NCBI RefSeq assembly: GCF_009914755.1
Contig: NC_060930.1
DNA from: the human T2T-CHM13v2.0 reference genome, Homo sapiens
Direction: 5' to 3' (one strand)
DNA length: 64,000 nucleotides
The notes beneath the pieces are model-generated. The model saw only the letters and a program-made list of their open reading frames with translations, had not been told where the DNA came from and searched no databases. Positions 63,391 to 64,000 of this stretch are shown one piece after another (position 1 is the stretch's first letter; each line of letters starts with the position of its first letter). The translations under genes and the position numbers were made by a program.

Positions 63391-64000
63391 TAATAATGAT
63401 AAAATATTATGTTTCATCTGATTTGCTCATTTACTTAAATCACTATGTTTAAATTTTCTTGATGTTTAGAAAGGATAAAAAATTAAAAATGACACTGAAT
63501 TATAGATATATCTTGTTTCAGTGAAGGGGATGGAGAAAAGTTAGGAAAGATACAAGCTACTTGAGCCAAATGTGATATGGTTTTGGTGGGCTTCAATTGT
63601 GGAGGAAGGGACCAGAGTAGAAGTCTTGTCAACTGTCTGGAAATTAAGGAGAAAGAACCTAGGCAGACGAACAAGCTAAGATGGTGAAGGGCAGGGAGGG
63701 ATGTAATTTGGGGTCTAGATATAGCCTTTGGCTTTAACCATGTCTAATTTGGAGTAAAGACCAGTTTTGAGTAGGAAATGTGGGTAGGGGTGGGTTTGTA
63801 ATAGAATGGTTTGGGAGGAGTGGTAGGCAGTGTTAGGAAACTTTTAGTATGGGTTTCAAGCTCGATGCTATCATGGGTCCCAAGACTGGTTGAAATCATT
63901 GGCACATCTGCCTTGTTATGAGTTAGAGAAGAAACGTGGGTGAACTACATCAAGAGCTGATGTCTTGGTTTGTTTCTTTTTGTCAAATTCATTATTTAAT

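Overview
Human genomic DNA: it is AT-rich and CpG-poor, and it carries a human-specific AluYb8 at 30.5 kb. I can support no intact protein-coding gene, tRNA, rRNA or CRISPR array. The ORFs with recognisable products are transposon remnants and the rest look like chance frames. Positions 1.7-18.6 kb are one ERVL provirus fragment (MLT2 LTR plus internal pol, minus strand) broken by nested insertions: an L1PA8-like element containing an L1PA5-like fragment, a full-length Tigger1 containing a piggyBac MER75, a MER2, and a near full-length L1MA2-like element. That L1MA2 has an apparent 3' transduction and a 301-bp copy of its own 5'UTR pasted into ORF2. Positions 18.6-30.8 kb and 40.6-53.6 kb hold older MIR, L2, L1M, MaLR and DNA-transposon debris plus Alus. 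Positions 30.8-40.6 kb and 53.6-62.3 kb are repeat-poor and contain several motif-dense blocks that look like enhancers. Three small + strand exon candidates (9, 84 and 25 nt) and the mostly minus-strand orientation of the longest retroelements suggest a large intron of a + strand gene that I cannot name. Repeat subfamily names come from recalled consensus sequences, and the boundaries of old repeats are approximate. I found no convincing new biological system. The strongest direct observations are the self-templated L1 insertion and the L1 3' transduction.
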